A stretch of DNA of 63,807 bases, counting the filler, from Chiloscyllium plagiosum (Eukaryota), in NCBI RefSeq assembly GCF_004010195.1. It is 9 parts of one record of this genome, joined end to end, with 100 filler letters (N's around TTAATTAATTAA, not from the genome) between each part and the next. Parts side by side here need not be neighbours in the genome. Positions count along the whole stretch, not along the records: positions 28,561 to 41,935 come from NC_057710.1; positions 42,036 to 46,312 come from NC_057710.1; positions 46,413 to 53,821 come from NC_057710.1; 6 more parts are not named here. One strand, given 5' to 3'. Shown in pieces: positions 37,757 to 50,461 of the stretch. A model generated the notes under the pieces. That model did not search any database and was not told the DNA's origin. It saw only the letters and a list, made by a program, of their open reading frames with translations. How positions within the stretch are numbered: position 1 is the first letter of the stretch; each line of letters opens with the position of its first letter. Both the position numbers and the translations under genes were made by a program.

Positions 37757-38241
37757 TGTTAGAAACAAACTTAACAAAATTAGCCAAGACCACCAAAACT
37801 GGAAATAAGACAATTTATTTTATGATCTTGCAAGAAAGGGTATCAAATGCTAAAGCAAATGAGCAATGAGCATTGAAACAAGTATACAGTTATACCTTTG
37901 AGCTGCGTGAGGTCACCTCTCCCAACTCCTACATTATCCAATCACCCTAGTTCTCTGCCTGACTTGTGACCTGACTGCCCCTACGTGACTTCTCCTTACC
38001 TTGATTAGATTCTCCTTCTATCTCCTTGGGCCGTTAGCTGCAACCGTTTTGTAACTATATTAACACTTGCTGTGCTAGTGTTTCCTATTGTTCTGCTTTG
38101 CTGCCTGCACAAACTTGTTTTCCCAGAAGTTTGCTAATCTGATCTTTGCCTGCAGTTGCCCTCTATACCTGTTTGTCAGCGCGATGCTTAAGCTTATGAT
38201 CACTACCCTTTTTGCTACATTTGTGAAAACAACACCCTTCC
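37757..38241 (-). repeat. ERV 5' LTR (outer ~12 bp missing)
   Basis: Ungapped match to 29805-30289 at offset 7952, with 8 substitutions counted by eye. Confidence 0.95.
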
Positions 38242-38762
38242 TCTACACTTGCACTCCATTTTTGATTTCCGTAAAAACCTCCTCCTGTGTTTCTGGTTGC
38301 ATTTCAGTCCCACACTCCTGATCTTTGGGCACCTGGTGCGGAGAGGGGAGGGCAGGTCAGAGGACCTCCTCATGGGTCGGCTCCTGGGCCTGGCCAAACT
38401 GGTCCAGGCAGCGGGCCATGTAGGGGGTCGTTCGGGCCGACTGCTTGCCCCTGTTCTGCGGGTATGTCAGAGCCCGGGTGTCCCTGGAGAAGAAGTACAC
38501 GGTGTCCACCATCACCCTCTAGATTTTCTGGGAAAGGTGGGCACCGCAACCCCTCCAACCCTGTTTTGATTCAATCTGTGCCCTCCCCTTCACTGTTTGA
38601 TCACACAGCATTGCCCTCTCAGAAGGGCACTGCTTGTCACTGGCCCCTTGGCTGTTTCCTGTCTTCCTGGGGGTGGAAACTGAATAAACATTTGTACACC
38701 TTGTGTCTTTCACTGTGTCTCACACCTACACACACACAACATGGGGGCTGGGGAAAAAAAAT
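38242..38762 (+). mobile_element. Tx1/L1 LINE ORF2 C-terminus and 3' UTR (right flank of ERV)
   Basis: LHSIFDF.KNLLLCFWLHFSPTLLIFGH...LLGLAKL...RARVSLEK...WERWAP; AATAAA and A-rich end. Confidence 0.8.
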
Positions 38763-39239
38763 TACAAAAATGAATTACCTGTCTTGCAAGCAATACAGGT
38801 AGGTAGACAGCGGCAAAAGCAAAACCCAGGTACAGGTAAATGCTAAGAGTTTGTGAGTCCATTCAGTATTCTAACAACAGTAGGGGAGAAACTGTTTTGA
38901 AACCGGCTGGTGTGTGTGTTCAAGCTTCTGTACCTTCTCCCCGATGGTAGAGCTTATAGAAAAACATTGCCCGGGTGGGATGGATCTTTGTTTGACAGTG
39001 GGCCTGGGAGTTGGAGGAAGAGTAGCATTTTTGATGAGGGAAACCATCATGCCAGTACCAAGGAACGATTTTCCTGAGTGGGGTTACATGGCTAGAACTG
39101 AGAAATAAAAAGAGGGAGATCACTTTGAGAGCATTATACTATAGACTGCAGTCGTAAGCAGGAAATTGAGGAGCATGTAAGAAGATCGCAGATAGCTTTC
39201 CAAACATAGATTGGGACTGCCAAAGTGATCGGGGTTTAG

Positions 39240-41365
39240 AGTCATAGAGTCATACAGCACGGAAATAAACCCTTCAGTTCAACTCGTCCATATCTCAACT
39301 CAATCTAATCCCACCTGCCAGCACCCAGCCATTATCCCTCCAAACCCTTCCTATTCATATACCCATCCAGATGCCTCTTAAATGTTGCAATTGTACCAGC
39401 CTCCACCACATCCTCTGGCAGCTCATTCCATACACACCACACTCTGCATTAAAAGGTTACCCCTTAGGTCCATTTTATATCTTTCCCCTCTCACCCTAAA
39501 CCTATGCCCTCTAGATCTGGGCTCCCCCACCGCAGGGAAAAGACTTTGCCTATTTATCCTATCCATGCCCCTCATAATTTTGTAAACCTCTATAAGGTCT
39601 CCCCTCAGCCTCCGATGCTCCAGAGAAAAACGCCCCAGCCTGTTTAGCCTCTCCCTAAGCTCAAATCCTCCAACCCTGGCAACATCATTTTAAATCTTTT
39701 CTGAACCCTTTCACATCTTTCACAGGTTTCACATCTTTCCGATAGGAAGGAGACCAGAATTGCACACGATATTCCAACAGTGGCCTAACCAATGTCCTGT
39801 ACAGCCGCAACATGACCTCCCAACTCCTGTACTCAATACTCTGACCAATAAAGGAAAGCTACCAAACGCCTTCTTCACTATCCTATCTACCTGCGACTCC
39901 ACTTTCAAGGAGCTATGAACCTGCACTCCAAGGTCTCTTTGTTCAGCAACANNNNNNNNNNNNNNNNNNNNNNNNNNNNNNNNNNNNNNNNNNNNNNNNN
40001 NNNNNNNNNNNNNNNNNNNNNNNNNNNNNNNNNNNNNNNNNNNNNNNNNNNNNNNNNNNNNNNCCACCACCACCCTCTGTCTTCTACCATTGAGCCAGTT
40101 CTGTATCCATATGGCGGCTACTTCCTGTATTCCATGAGATCTAACCTTGCTATTCAGTCTCCCATGGGGAACCTTGTCGAACGCTTTACTGAAGTCCATA
40201 TAGATCACATCTACTGCTCTGCCCTCATCAATCTTTGTTATTTCTTCAAAAAACACAATCAAGTTTGTGCGACATGATTTCCCACGCACAAAGCCATGTT
40301 GACTATCCCTAATCAGTCCTTGCCTTTCCAAATACATGTACATCCTGTCCCTCAGGATTCCCTCCAACAACTTGCCCACCACTGAGGTCAGGCTCACCGG
40401 TCTATAGTTTCCTGGCTTGTCTTTACCGCCCTTCTTAAACAGTGGCACCAGGTTTGCCAACCTCCAGTCTCCCGGCACCTCACCTGTGACTGTCGATGAT
40501 ACAAATATCCACCCAGAGAGTGGTGGCTGTGTGGAATGCTCTGCCCCAAAAGGCTGTGGAGGCCAAGTCTCTGGATTCATTTAAGAAGGAGTTGGATAGA
40601 GCTCTCAAGGATAGTGGAATCATGGGTTATGGGGATAAGGCAGGAACAGGATACGGATTGAGGATGATCAGCCATGATCATAATGAATGGTGGTGCTGGC
40701 TCGAAGGGCAGAATGGCCTACTCCTGCACCTATTGGCTATTGTCTATAAATAGCTCAGCAAGGAGCCCAGCAATTACATCCCTTGATTCCCATAGAGTTC
40801 TCGGGTACGCCTGATCAGGTCCTGGGGATTTATTTACTTTTATGCGTTTCAAGACATCCAGCACTTCCTCCTCTGTAATACGGGCATTTTTCAAGATGTC
40901 ACCATCTATTTCCCTACAGTCCATCTCTTCCACGTCCTTTTCCACAGTAAACACTGATGCAAAATACTTGTTTAATATCTCCTCCAGCTCCAAACCAAGG
41001 CTGCCTTGCTGATCTTTGAGGGGCTCTATTCTCTCCCTAGATGCCATTTTGTCCTTAAAGCATTTGTAAAACTCTTTGGATTCTCCTTAATTCTATTTGC
41101 CAAAGTTATTTCATGTCCCCTTTTTGCCCTCCTTATTTCCCTCTTAAGTATATTCCTACTGCCTTTATACTCTTCTAAGGATTCGCTCGATCTATCCTGT
41201 CTATACCTTACATATACTTCCTTCTTTTTGTGAATGAAACCATCACTTTCTTTCATCGTCCAGCATTCCCAATACCTCCCAGCCTTCCCATTCACCCTGA
41301 CAGGAATATACTTTCTCTGGATTCTTGTTATCTCATTTCTGAAGGCTTCCCATTTTCCAGTGAAC
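39240..41365 (-). mobile_element. CR1 ORF2 (long, gapped), interrupted by a plus-strand CR1 3' end at ~40510-40745
   Basis: WRLANLVPLFKKG..PGNYRPVSLTS, SQHGF, MDFSKAFDKVPH, KSPGPD. Confidence 0.9.
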
Positions 41366-42035
41366 ATCTGCCCCCAGTGCCACCTCAGTCACCTGTCCTG
41401 CCTTATATCCAAGAGTAGGTCAAGTTTTTGATGGCTTAGATGGGGATGAATGTATTAAGTGCATTCAGGAAAACTTTCTCAACAATATGTAGAAGAACTC
41501 AACTTCCTCTTGGGAAATAAGACAAGGCAAGAGACTGAGGTGTTAGTGGGGGAGCACTTTGGGACCAGTGACCATAATTCTATTAGTTTTAAAATAGTTA
41601 TGGAAAAGGATAGGCCTGGTCCACAAGTTAAAGTCCTAAATTGAGGCAAGGCCAATTCTGATGGTATTAGGCAGGAACTTTCAGAAGACAAAAGTGGGGA
41701 CTGCAGATGCTGGAGATCAGAGTCTCGATCAGAGTGGTGCTGGAAAAGCACAGCAGGTCAGGCAGCATCTGAGGAGCAGGAAAATCGACGCTTTAGGCGA
41801 AAGCCCTTCATCAGGAGGCATGGAGCCTCCAGGGTGGAGGGATAAATGGGAAGGGGGGTGGGGCTGGGGAGAAGGTAACCAAGAGTACAATGAGTGAGTG
41901 GGGGTGGGGATGAAGGTGTTAGGTCGGGAGGGTGANNNNNNNNNNNNNNNNNNNNNNNNNNNNNNNNNNNNNNNNNNNNTTAATTAATTAANNNNNNNNN
42001 NNNNNNNNNNNNNNNNNNNNNNNNNNNNNNNNNNN

Positions 42036-44197
42036 GCTGTACAGGACATTGGTTCGGCCACTGTTGGAATATTGCGTGCAATTCTGGTCTCCTTCCTATC
42101 AGAAAGATGTTGTGAAACTTGAAAGGGTTCAGAAAAGGTTTACAAGGAGGTTGCCAGGGTTGGAGGATCTGAGCTATAGGGAGAGACTGAACAGGCTGGG
42201 GCTGTTTTCCCTGGAGCGTCGGAAGCTGAGGGGCTCTTTAAATGGAAATCAAGATGGCAAAAAGGGGTCATGAGATAGAGGTTTACAAAGTCATAAGGGG
42301 CATGGATAGGATAAATAGACAAAGTCTTTTCCGTGGGATGGGGGAGTCCAGAACTAGAGGGCATAGGTTTAGGGTGAGAGGGGAAAGATATAAAAGAGAC
42401 CTAAATGGGCAACCTTTTCACACAGAGGGTGGTACATTTGGAAAGCTGCAGATGTAACAGTTATTGTCAGGGGAGACTTTGACTTCCCTCATATTGATTG
42501 TAGTCTCCTTAGTTCAAATAGTTTGGATGCAGCAGTTTTTGTCAGGTTTGTCCAGAAAGGGTTCCTAACTCAGTATGTAGATTGGCTGACGAGAGGGGAG
42601 ACCATGTTGGATTTGGTGCTTAGCAACAAACCAGGCCAGGGGTCAGAGCACTTTGGTGATAGTGATCACAACTCCATGATCATTACTATACACATGGAGA
42701 AGTTTAGGAGCAGACAGTATGGGAAAGTATTTAATTGGGGGGGGGGGGGGGGGGGAGTTAAAATGCTATTAAGCAGGAACTGGGGCACCTAAACAGGGAG
42801 CAGATGTTCTCAGGGAAATGCACAACAGAATGTGGAAGTTGTTTAGGGAGCACTTGCTGATAGAGCTGGATAGGTTTGTCCCACTGAGGCAAGGAACGGA
42901 TGGTAGGACGAAGGAACCTTTGGTAACAAGGCATGTGGAACATCTCATCAAGAGGAAGAGGGAAGTTTACTTAAGGTTGAGGAGGCAAGGATCTGACAGG
43001 GTTCGAGGGGGTTACAAGGTAGTCAGGAAGGAACTGAAGAGTGGACTTAGGAGAGCTAGAAGGGGACATTGAAAAGCTTCATTGGGTAGGATTAAGGAGA
43101 GGGCTAAGGCGTTTTACACTTATGTGAGGAACAAGAGGATGACCAAAGTGAGGGTAGGGCCGATCAGGGATAGTGGAGGGAACTTGCGCCTGGAGTGGGA
43201 AGAGGAAGGGGAGGGCCTTAATGAATACTTTGCTTCAGTATTCACTTGTGAGAGGGACCTTGTCGTTTGTGAGGACAGTGTGAAACAGGCTGATACACTC
43301 AAACAGGTTGGTGTTAGGAAGGAGGATGTGCTGGAAGTTTTGAAAAACATAAGGATAGATAAATCCCCTGGGCCAGTTGGGATATACCCAACATTACTAC
43401 AGGAAGTGAGGGAAGAGATTGCTGGCTGATACACTCAAACAGGTTGGTGTTAGGAAGGAGGATGTGCTGGAAGTTTTGAAAAACATAAGGATAGATAAAT
43501 CCCCTGGGCCAGATGGGATATATCCAATATTGCTACAGGAAGTGAGGGAAGAGATTGCTGCGCCTTTGGTGATAATCGTTGCACCCTCACTGTCCACTGG
43601 AGTAGTACCAGATGATTGGAAGGTGGCAAACGTTATTGCCTTGTTCAAGAAAGGGAATAGGGATAATCCTGGGAATTACGGACAAGTCAGTCTGAGGTTG
43701 GTGGTCAGTGGATTATTGGAGAGGATTCTGAGAGACAGGATTTATGATTACTTGGACACCATTGTTTGATTAGAGATGGTCAGCATGGCTTTGTGAGGGG
43801 CAGGTCATGCCTCACAAACCTTAATGAATTCTTTGAGGATGTGACAAAATACATTGATGATGGATGATGTGGTGTATGTGGATTTTGATAAGGTTTGTAA
43901 GTCATTTGATAAGGTTCCTCATGCTAGGCTTATTCAGAAAGTAAGGAGACCTGGGACGCAGGGAAATTTGGCTGTCTGGATACAGAATTGGCTGGCGCAT
44001 AGAATACAGAGGGAACTTGGTGACCAGTGGTGTTCTGCAGGGATTGATTCTGGAACCACTGTTCTTTGTTATTTTTATAAATGACTTGGATGAGGAAGTG
44101 GAAGGGTGGGTTAGTAAGTTTGCCAATGACACCAAGGTTGGTGGAGTTGTGGATAGTGTGGAGGGCTGTTGTAGGCTGCAACAGGACATTGACAGAG
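42036..44197 (+). mobile_element. CR1 ORF2 fragments (endonuclease end to RT) with a 136-bp internal tandem duplication
   Basis: GDFDFP, LDLVLSN, SDHNS, KSPGP.GIYP twice (43288-43423 / 43424-43559), FAND. Confidence 0.85.
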
Positions 44198-45645
44198 TGG
44201 TTTGGCATTACTGATCGAGCTGGACACCAAGAGCCACTCTTGGTGGTTGGACATTGATATCCCACACCCAGAGTACATTCTGTGTCCTTGCCACCCTCAG
44301 TGCTTCCTCTGAGTGTTGTTCAACTTGGAGGGGTAATGATTCATCAGCCGAGGGAGGGTAGTACGTGGTAATCAGCAGGGGGTTTCCTTGCCCGTGTTTC
44401 ACCTGAAGTCATGAGACTTCATGGGGTCCGGAGTCAATGTTGAGGATTCCCAGGGCAACTCCCTCCCCACCGTATCCCACTGTGCTGTCCCCTCTGCTGG
44501 GTCTATCCTGCCGGTGGGACTGGGCCTATCCAGGGATGGAGATGGTGGGGTCTGGAACATTGTCTGTGAGGTATGATCCCGTGAGTATGACTGTGTCAGG
44601 CTGTTACTGGACAAATCAATGAGACAGCTCTCCCAGTTTTGGCACTGGCCCCAAGATGTTCATGAGGGGGACTTTGCAGGGTTGGCAGGGCTAGAACATA
44701 GAACAATACAGCACAGAACAGGCCCTTCGGCCCACGATGTTGTGCTGAACATTTGTCCTAGCTTAAGCACCCATCCATGTACCTATGCAATTGTCGCTTA
44801 AAGGTCACCAATGATTCCGACTCTGCCACTCCCACAGGCAGCGCATTCCATGCCCCCACCACTCTCTGGGTAAAGAACCTACCCCTGACATCCCCCCTAT
44901 ACCTTCCACCTTTCACCTTAAATTTATGTCCCCTTGTAACACTCTGTTGTACCCGGGGAAAAAGTCTCTGACTGTCTACTCTATCTATTCCTCTGATCAT
45001 CTTATAAACCTCGCTAATAGACCATAGGCCTTCTTACAAGCTCTATCCACCTGAGTGGCAACTTTCAAAGATCTATGAACATAGACCCCAAGATCCCTCT
45101 GTTCCTCCACCTCACTAAGAACCCTACCATTAACCCTGTATTCCACATTCTTATTTGTCTTTCCAAAATGGACAACCTCACACTTGGTAGGGTTTATTCT
45201 CTTGTATTTTCCATCCCTAAGAATGATTTGACCTGGTTCATTCATTTCCTCACGATTTGTAGGCATCTGGATACCAAATGACTTGCTTAACATTTTCAGA
45301 GGGAATTTAAGAATCAACCAGGTTGCTGGAGTCTGGAGTCACCAGGTGAGGACAGTGGGTGTCCATTGCTCACAACAACTGATCCTTGGTCTAGCTTTTA
45401 ATTAGATGCAACTTTCAAACATTTTCTGGTGTGATTTGAAATGGTGTCCCCACACCCTTGGCCTGAGACTTGGACTAATATTTGGTGCAATAACACTATG
45501 ACTTATCACTGTCCTTTCAGACCCCAGCGGAGCACTGTGTGAAAGCAGTTCCCTAATTTCAGGATGAATTTTCTGTTCTGAGCTGATGTGTGGGGTGTAC
45601 ACTTGGGTGTATGTGGTCTGATTGATTTCTCCTCCCTTTCCCCAG

Positions 45646-45796
45646 GGAGACCTGATTCCATAGGCACTACAATCTTGGTACCGATTTTGACAATATCAGT
45701 TGTTACCTACATTGCCACGAAGTTTCTCATAAAGAAGATTTCATGTACCAGACCGGGTGCACATGCTCCAGCCGCTGAGCTGACTTGTCAGGCAAG
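45646..45796 (+). CDS. Host exon: second transmembrane exon (TM2), paralogous to TM1
   Basis: ctccctttccccag acceptor, AG|gtaagc donor, 151 nt, phase 1 to 2; RPDSIGTTILVPILTISVVTYIATKFLIKKISCTR...LTCQAR. Confidence 0.7.
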
Positions 45797-45861
45797 GTAA
45801 GCACTGCTGGACTTTCACAGAGCAGCAGAGCTGCAGCTAACGGCTAGGTCAGGACTAGGAA

Positions 45862-46312
45862 ACAGATCAGGATTGGGAATGGATCAGGACCAGGAATGGA
45901 TCAGGACTGGGAATGGACCAGGATGGGGAATGGATCAGGACTAGAAAACGAATCAGGACTGGGAAATGAATCAGGACTGGGAGTGGATCAGGACTGGGAG
46001 TGGATCAGGACTGGGATGGATCAGGACTTGGGAATGGATCAGGACGGGGAGTGGATCAGGACTTGGGAATGGATCAGGACAGGGAGTGGATCAGGACAGG
46101 GAGTGGATCAGGACAGGGAGTGGATCAGGACTGGGAGTGGATCAGGACGGGGAATGGATCAGGACTGAGACTGGATCAGGACTGGGAGTGGATCAGGACT
46201 GGGAGTGGATCAGGACGGGGAATGGATCAGGATTGAGACTGGATCAGGACTGGGAGTGGATGAGGACGGGGAATGGATCAGGACGGGGAATGGATCAGGA
46301 CTGGGAGTGGAT
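45862..46312. repeat. ~17-bp G-rich minisatellite (GGATCAGGACTGGGAGT and variants), runs into a gap
   Basis: About 26 tandem units with no unique spacers. Confidence 0.95.
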
Positions 46313-46513
46313 NNNNNNNNNNNNNNNNNNNNNNNNNNNNNNNNNNNNNNNNNNNNTTAATTAATTAANNNNNNNNNNNNNNNNNNNNNNNNNNNNNNNN
46401 NNNNNNNNNNNNCATTCATCCCCTCCCCCACTCACCTATTGTACTCTATGCTACTCTCTCCCCACCCCCACCTCCCCTAGCTTATCTCTCCACGCTTCAG
46501 GCTCTCTGCCTTT

Positions 46514-46549
46514 ATTCCTGATGAAGGGCTTTTGCCCGAAACGTCGATT
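46514..46549 (+). ncRNA. Minimal hammerhead ribozyme motif in a Penelope terminus (46413-46612)
   Basis: ATTC-CTGATGA-A-GGGC TTTT GCCC-GAAAC-GTC-GATT. Confidence 0.7.
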
Positions 46550-48504
46550 TTGCTGAAGCTCCTCGGATGCTGCCTGAACTGCTGTGCTCTTCCAGCACCA
46601 TTGATCCAGAATATGGAGGATAGTGGGCTAGTGTAGGTTAGGTGGGCTTGGATCGGCGCAACATCGAGGGACAAAGGGCCTGTACTGCGCTGTATTCTTC
46701 TGTGTTCTATGTTCTATATAAAGCTAAGCTTACAATGGCAGGGAACCGCAGACCCGTGGCATGTGACTCTTGCTTGATGTGGGAGCTCAGGGACGTGTCT
46801 GTCATTTCTGACTCTTACACTTGCAAGAAGTGTGTCCAGCTGCAGCTCTTGTTTCCCTGTATCCCTTAATTCCTTATGAGATTAAGAATTTATCAATCTC
46901 TGCCTTGAAGACATTTAACGTCCCGGCCTCCACTGCGCTCTGTGGCAATGAATTCCACAGGCCCACCACTCTCTGGCTGAAGAAATGTCTCCTTGTTTCT
47001 GTTCTAAATTGACCCTCTCTAATTTTAAGGCTGTGCCCGTGGGTCCTAGCATCCCCGCCTAACGGAAATAACTTCCCAGTGTCCATGCATTATCTTGTAA
47101 GTTTCCATGAGATCTCCTCTCAACCTTCTAAACTCTAATGAATACAATCCCAGGATCCCCAGCCATTCATCATATGTTAGGCTCACCATTCCAGGGATCA
47201 TCCGTGTGAATCTCCGCTGGACATGTCAGTATGTCCTTCCTGAGGTGAGGGGCCCAAAACTGGACACAGCATTCTAAATGGGGCCTAACCAGAGCTTTAT
47301 AAAATCTCAGTAGCACATCATTGCTTTAACATTCCAATCCTCTTGAAATAAATGATAACATTACATTTGCTTTCTTAATCTTATGTTGTTTTCTTAATTT
47401 TATGTTATCATCTCTAGTGTCTACGGTGCTGCCTAACTTTGTGTCATCAGCAAATCTGCATATATCAGTCTTTGTGGCGTTATCCCAGTCATTCATAAAT
47501 AGCATGGATAATTAAGGCCCTACCACAGATCTTTGTGGTCACCACTGGTTTCATCCTGCCAATTTGAGCACCAGCCCATTATCCCAAATTTCTGTTGTCT
47601 GCCACCGAACCAATTTCCCAGCCATGTCAATAATTTGCCCTCCATTCTGTGGGCTGTTAGTAAACAGTCTCCTGTGTGGGATTTTATCAAACGCCCTCAG
47701 AATCCATGCTGGTTCTCCCTGATTAACTGAAAAGTTTCAAGAGGATTAGCTGACCTTTCCTTGGTGATAAACTGCAACAATTTCCCCAGTACAGACGACT
47801 GGTGAACTTGTCTATAATTCCTCAGATTTCCTCCTTCACCTTTCTCAAAAAGTAATCCAAGCTAATTAAGAAGCTGAACTAAAATGTTTGCATGCCTTCA
47901 GTATAAATTTACTGGCAGGTTGGCCTTAAATACCCACTGTCACACCTTAAAAATGGGGTGTACACAACTCCATGGAGGCTACCACTGAGAAAGAATGGCC
48001 GATGTCTGATGATACTGCAGAGAAGAAATGTTCTGGTTCAATCAGAAAGCCATGTTGTGTGAAGGAAATTCAAGAGATGGAAAGTCCCCTCATTTGAACC
48101 TCACATTGTCAGGAGAAGAATCCAATCAAGTCGTCAGCCTTGAATGTTCCTCATCTTCCAAGTCTGAACAGAAAGCTGTAGTGGAAACCCCCAGACCAGC
48201 TGGATTTGTGAAGTCAGGGAGTTTGGGGCTGTGATAAGTGTAACTTTATTCATTAATGTGCAACATTCATCCTGGAAAAATGCTTGGAATGAGTTGTTGT
48301 ATCAGGGTATCAGGTTCTGAATGAGTTGATACTGAAGAATGTCTTCAAAACAACCCAATACGATGATATCATGGGGGCTTATTGGCAGGACAGCTTAAGA
48401 TCCTGAGGATTTATTATCTCTATAAACAAGCAACTGCCTCTCACATCTCCTTTAAACTTGCCCCCTTTACCTGAAACCTATATCCCCCAGTAATTGATAT
48501 CTCT

Positions 48505-49575
48505 AGAATGTAGGTTTGCTCACTGAGCTGTAGGTTTGATATCCAGACGTTTCATTACCTGGCGAGGTAACATCATCAGTGGCGACCTCCAAGTGAAGCG
48601 AAGCTCTTGTCTCCTGTTTTCTATTTATATCTTTCTCCTGGATGGGGTTCCTGGGGTTTGTGGTGATGTCATTTCCTGTTCGTTTTCTGAGGGGTTGATA
48701 GATGGTATCTAGATCTATGTGTTTGTTTATGGCATTGTGGCTGGAGTGCCAGGCCTCTAGGAATTCTCTGGCATGTCTTTGCTTAGCCTGTCCCAGGATA
48801 GATGTGTTGTCCCGGTTGAAATGGTGGCTTTTTTTATCCGTGTGTAGGGCTACGAGGGAGAGAGGGTCGTGTCTTTTTGTGGCTAGCTGGTGTTAGTGTA
48901 TCCTGGTGGCTAACTTTCTTGCTGTTTGTCCTACGTAGTGTTTGTGGCAGTCCTTGCATAGAATTTTGTAGATGACGTTGGTTCTGTCCATGGGTTGTAC
49001 TGGTCTTTTAAGTTTGATGGTTTTTGTTTGAGAGTGTTGGTGGGTTTGTGTGCTACTAGGATTCTGAGGGGTCTTAGTAGTCTGGCTGACATTTCTGAAA
49101 CTTCTTTGATATATGGTAAGGTGGTTAGGGTTTCTGGCTGTGTTTGGTCTGCTTGTCGTGGTTTGTTCTTGAGGAATCTGCGGATTGTGTTTTTTGAGTA
49201 TCCGTTCTTCTTGAATACGTCGTATAGGTGGTTCTCCTCTGTTTTCCAATGTTCGCCTGTGCTGCAGTGTGTGGTGGCTCGTTGGAATAGTGTTCTGATA
49301 CATTTTCGTTTGTGTGTGTTGGGATGGTTGCTGGTGTAGTTAAGTATTTGGTCAGTGTTTGTCGGTTTTCTGTATACGCAGGTTTGTAGTTCTCCGTTGT
49401 CCGTTCTTTCGACTGTGACATCCAGGGTCCGCTATGTAGATGACACCTTTGTCATCACAAAACAAACAAGATAGAAGAGACATTTAACATCATCAACAAC
49501 ATCCTCACAGGCATAATGTTCACCAAGGAGAAAGAAACTGACAACAAACTCGCATTCCTGGACGTCACAGTCGAA
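48505..49575 (-). mobile_element. Penelope-like element (second family): RT thumb and GIY-YIG, terminus with hammerhead, 5' inversion
   Basis: RTNVIYKILCKDCHKHYVGQT.RKLATRIH on minus; RYVDDTF on plus at 49430-49450. Confidence 0.88.
48543..48582 (-). ncRNA. Hammerhead ribozyme motif of the second Penelope family
   Basis: Minus strand CCA-CTGATGA-T-GTTACCT CGCC AGGTAAT-GAAAC-GTC-TGG. Confidence 0.75.
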
Positions 49576-50461
49576 ACCTACACCAAACTGGCTCTGTACT
49601 CTCTCTAAAGCCTCCATGTCTTTTTGGTCATGTGACATGGGGCTGGGCAGGGAACAAGTTCTCCTGGATCTCATAATGAGTAATAAGGCAGGTTTAATCA
49701 ATCACCTGAGAGTAAAAGATTGGATTTCAGAGCAGCAGGAGGCAATTCAGCTCTTTGAGTACGGTCCGCTATTTAACATGATCAGAGCTGATCTCATCCT
49801 GGTCTAAATTCCACTCTCCCGCCAGCTCCACATAGCCCAGTATCCTATTTCTCATCAGAAACATATCCCCTCGGAAGTAGGGATCATAGCATGATCAATT
49901 TTTAATACTCAGTTTGCCAATGAGGAACTTGGCTCAAAAACAACTGTGCTTTCCTTAAATAAAAGGAATTACAATCAATGAATATGGAGTTAGCTAAAGT
50001 GAGCTGGTCAGCTAGATTAGCAACAATGACAGGAAGGCAGCAGGGGCAGATATTAAAGGAGGTCATTCATGACTCTCAGGAAAAAAGACATCCCATTGAG
50101 GAGAAACAATCCGAAGGGATGGGCCTGAACAACTGGGATAAATTCAGAATGAAGAAAAAAGGATTTAAAAAGCAATAAAAGCAGAGAAACAAATTGCAAA
50201 GGCAAATTAGTGAGAAACATAAAAACAGACAACAAGACATGTATAAAAAGGAGAGTGATCACAGTGAACACAGGTCCCTCAGAAAATAAACCTGGGGTGA
50301 TAGTTTCTAGTGAACAAGGAAATGGCAGTGGATTTAAACAGATATTCTGCATCTGCCTTTCTGGTGGAAGATACTTTAAACATCGCATTAATGCAAAAAA
50401 TCAAAGGGGAGGAATTAAATACCTTCACCATCACTGAAGAAGTTGTATTAGACACACTAAA

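Larger units (their letters stand above)
29805..38241 (-). mobile_element. Class I endogenous retrovirus provirus (LTR-gag-pro-pol-env-LTR), defective
   Basis: Paired LTRs, PBS-Pro, gag CCHC, DTGA protease, LPQGF/YVDD RT, RNase H, integrase, env ISD, PPT. Confidence 0.97.

Noticed and set aside
38242..38257. CA at 38252-38253 as the true 5' LTR boundary
   Set aside because: The preceding 10 nt do not match the 3' LTR, no TSD follows, and the sequence reads as Tx1 ORF2; likely coincidence.
43288..43559. 136-bp direct repeat as an LTR pair
   Set aside because: Adjacent tandem duplication within CR1 ORF2.
45896..46364. Repetitive ORFs (MDQDWEW/GSGSG) and CRISPR-like look
   Set aside because: Translation of a minisatellite; no unique spacers, no cas genes, eukaryotic context.
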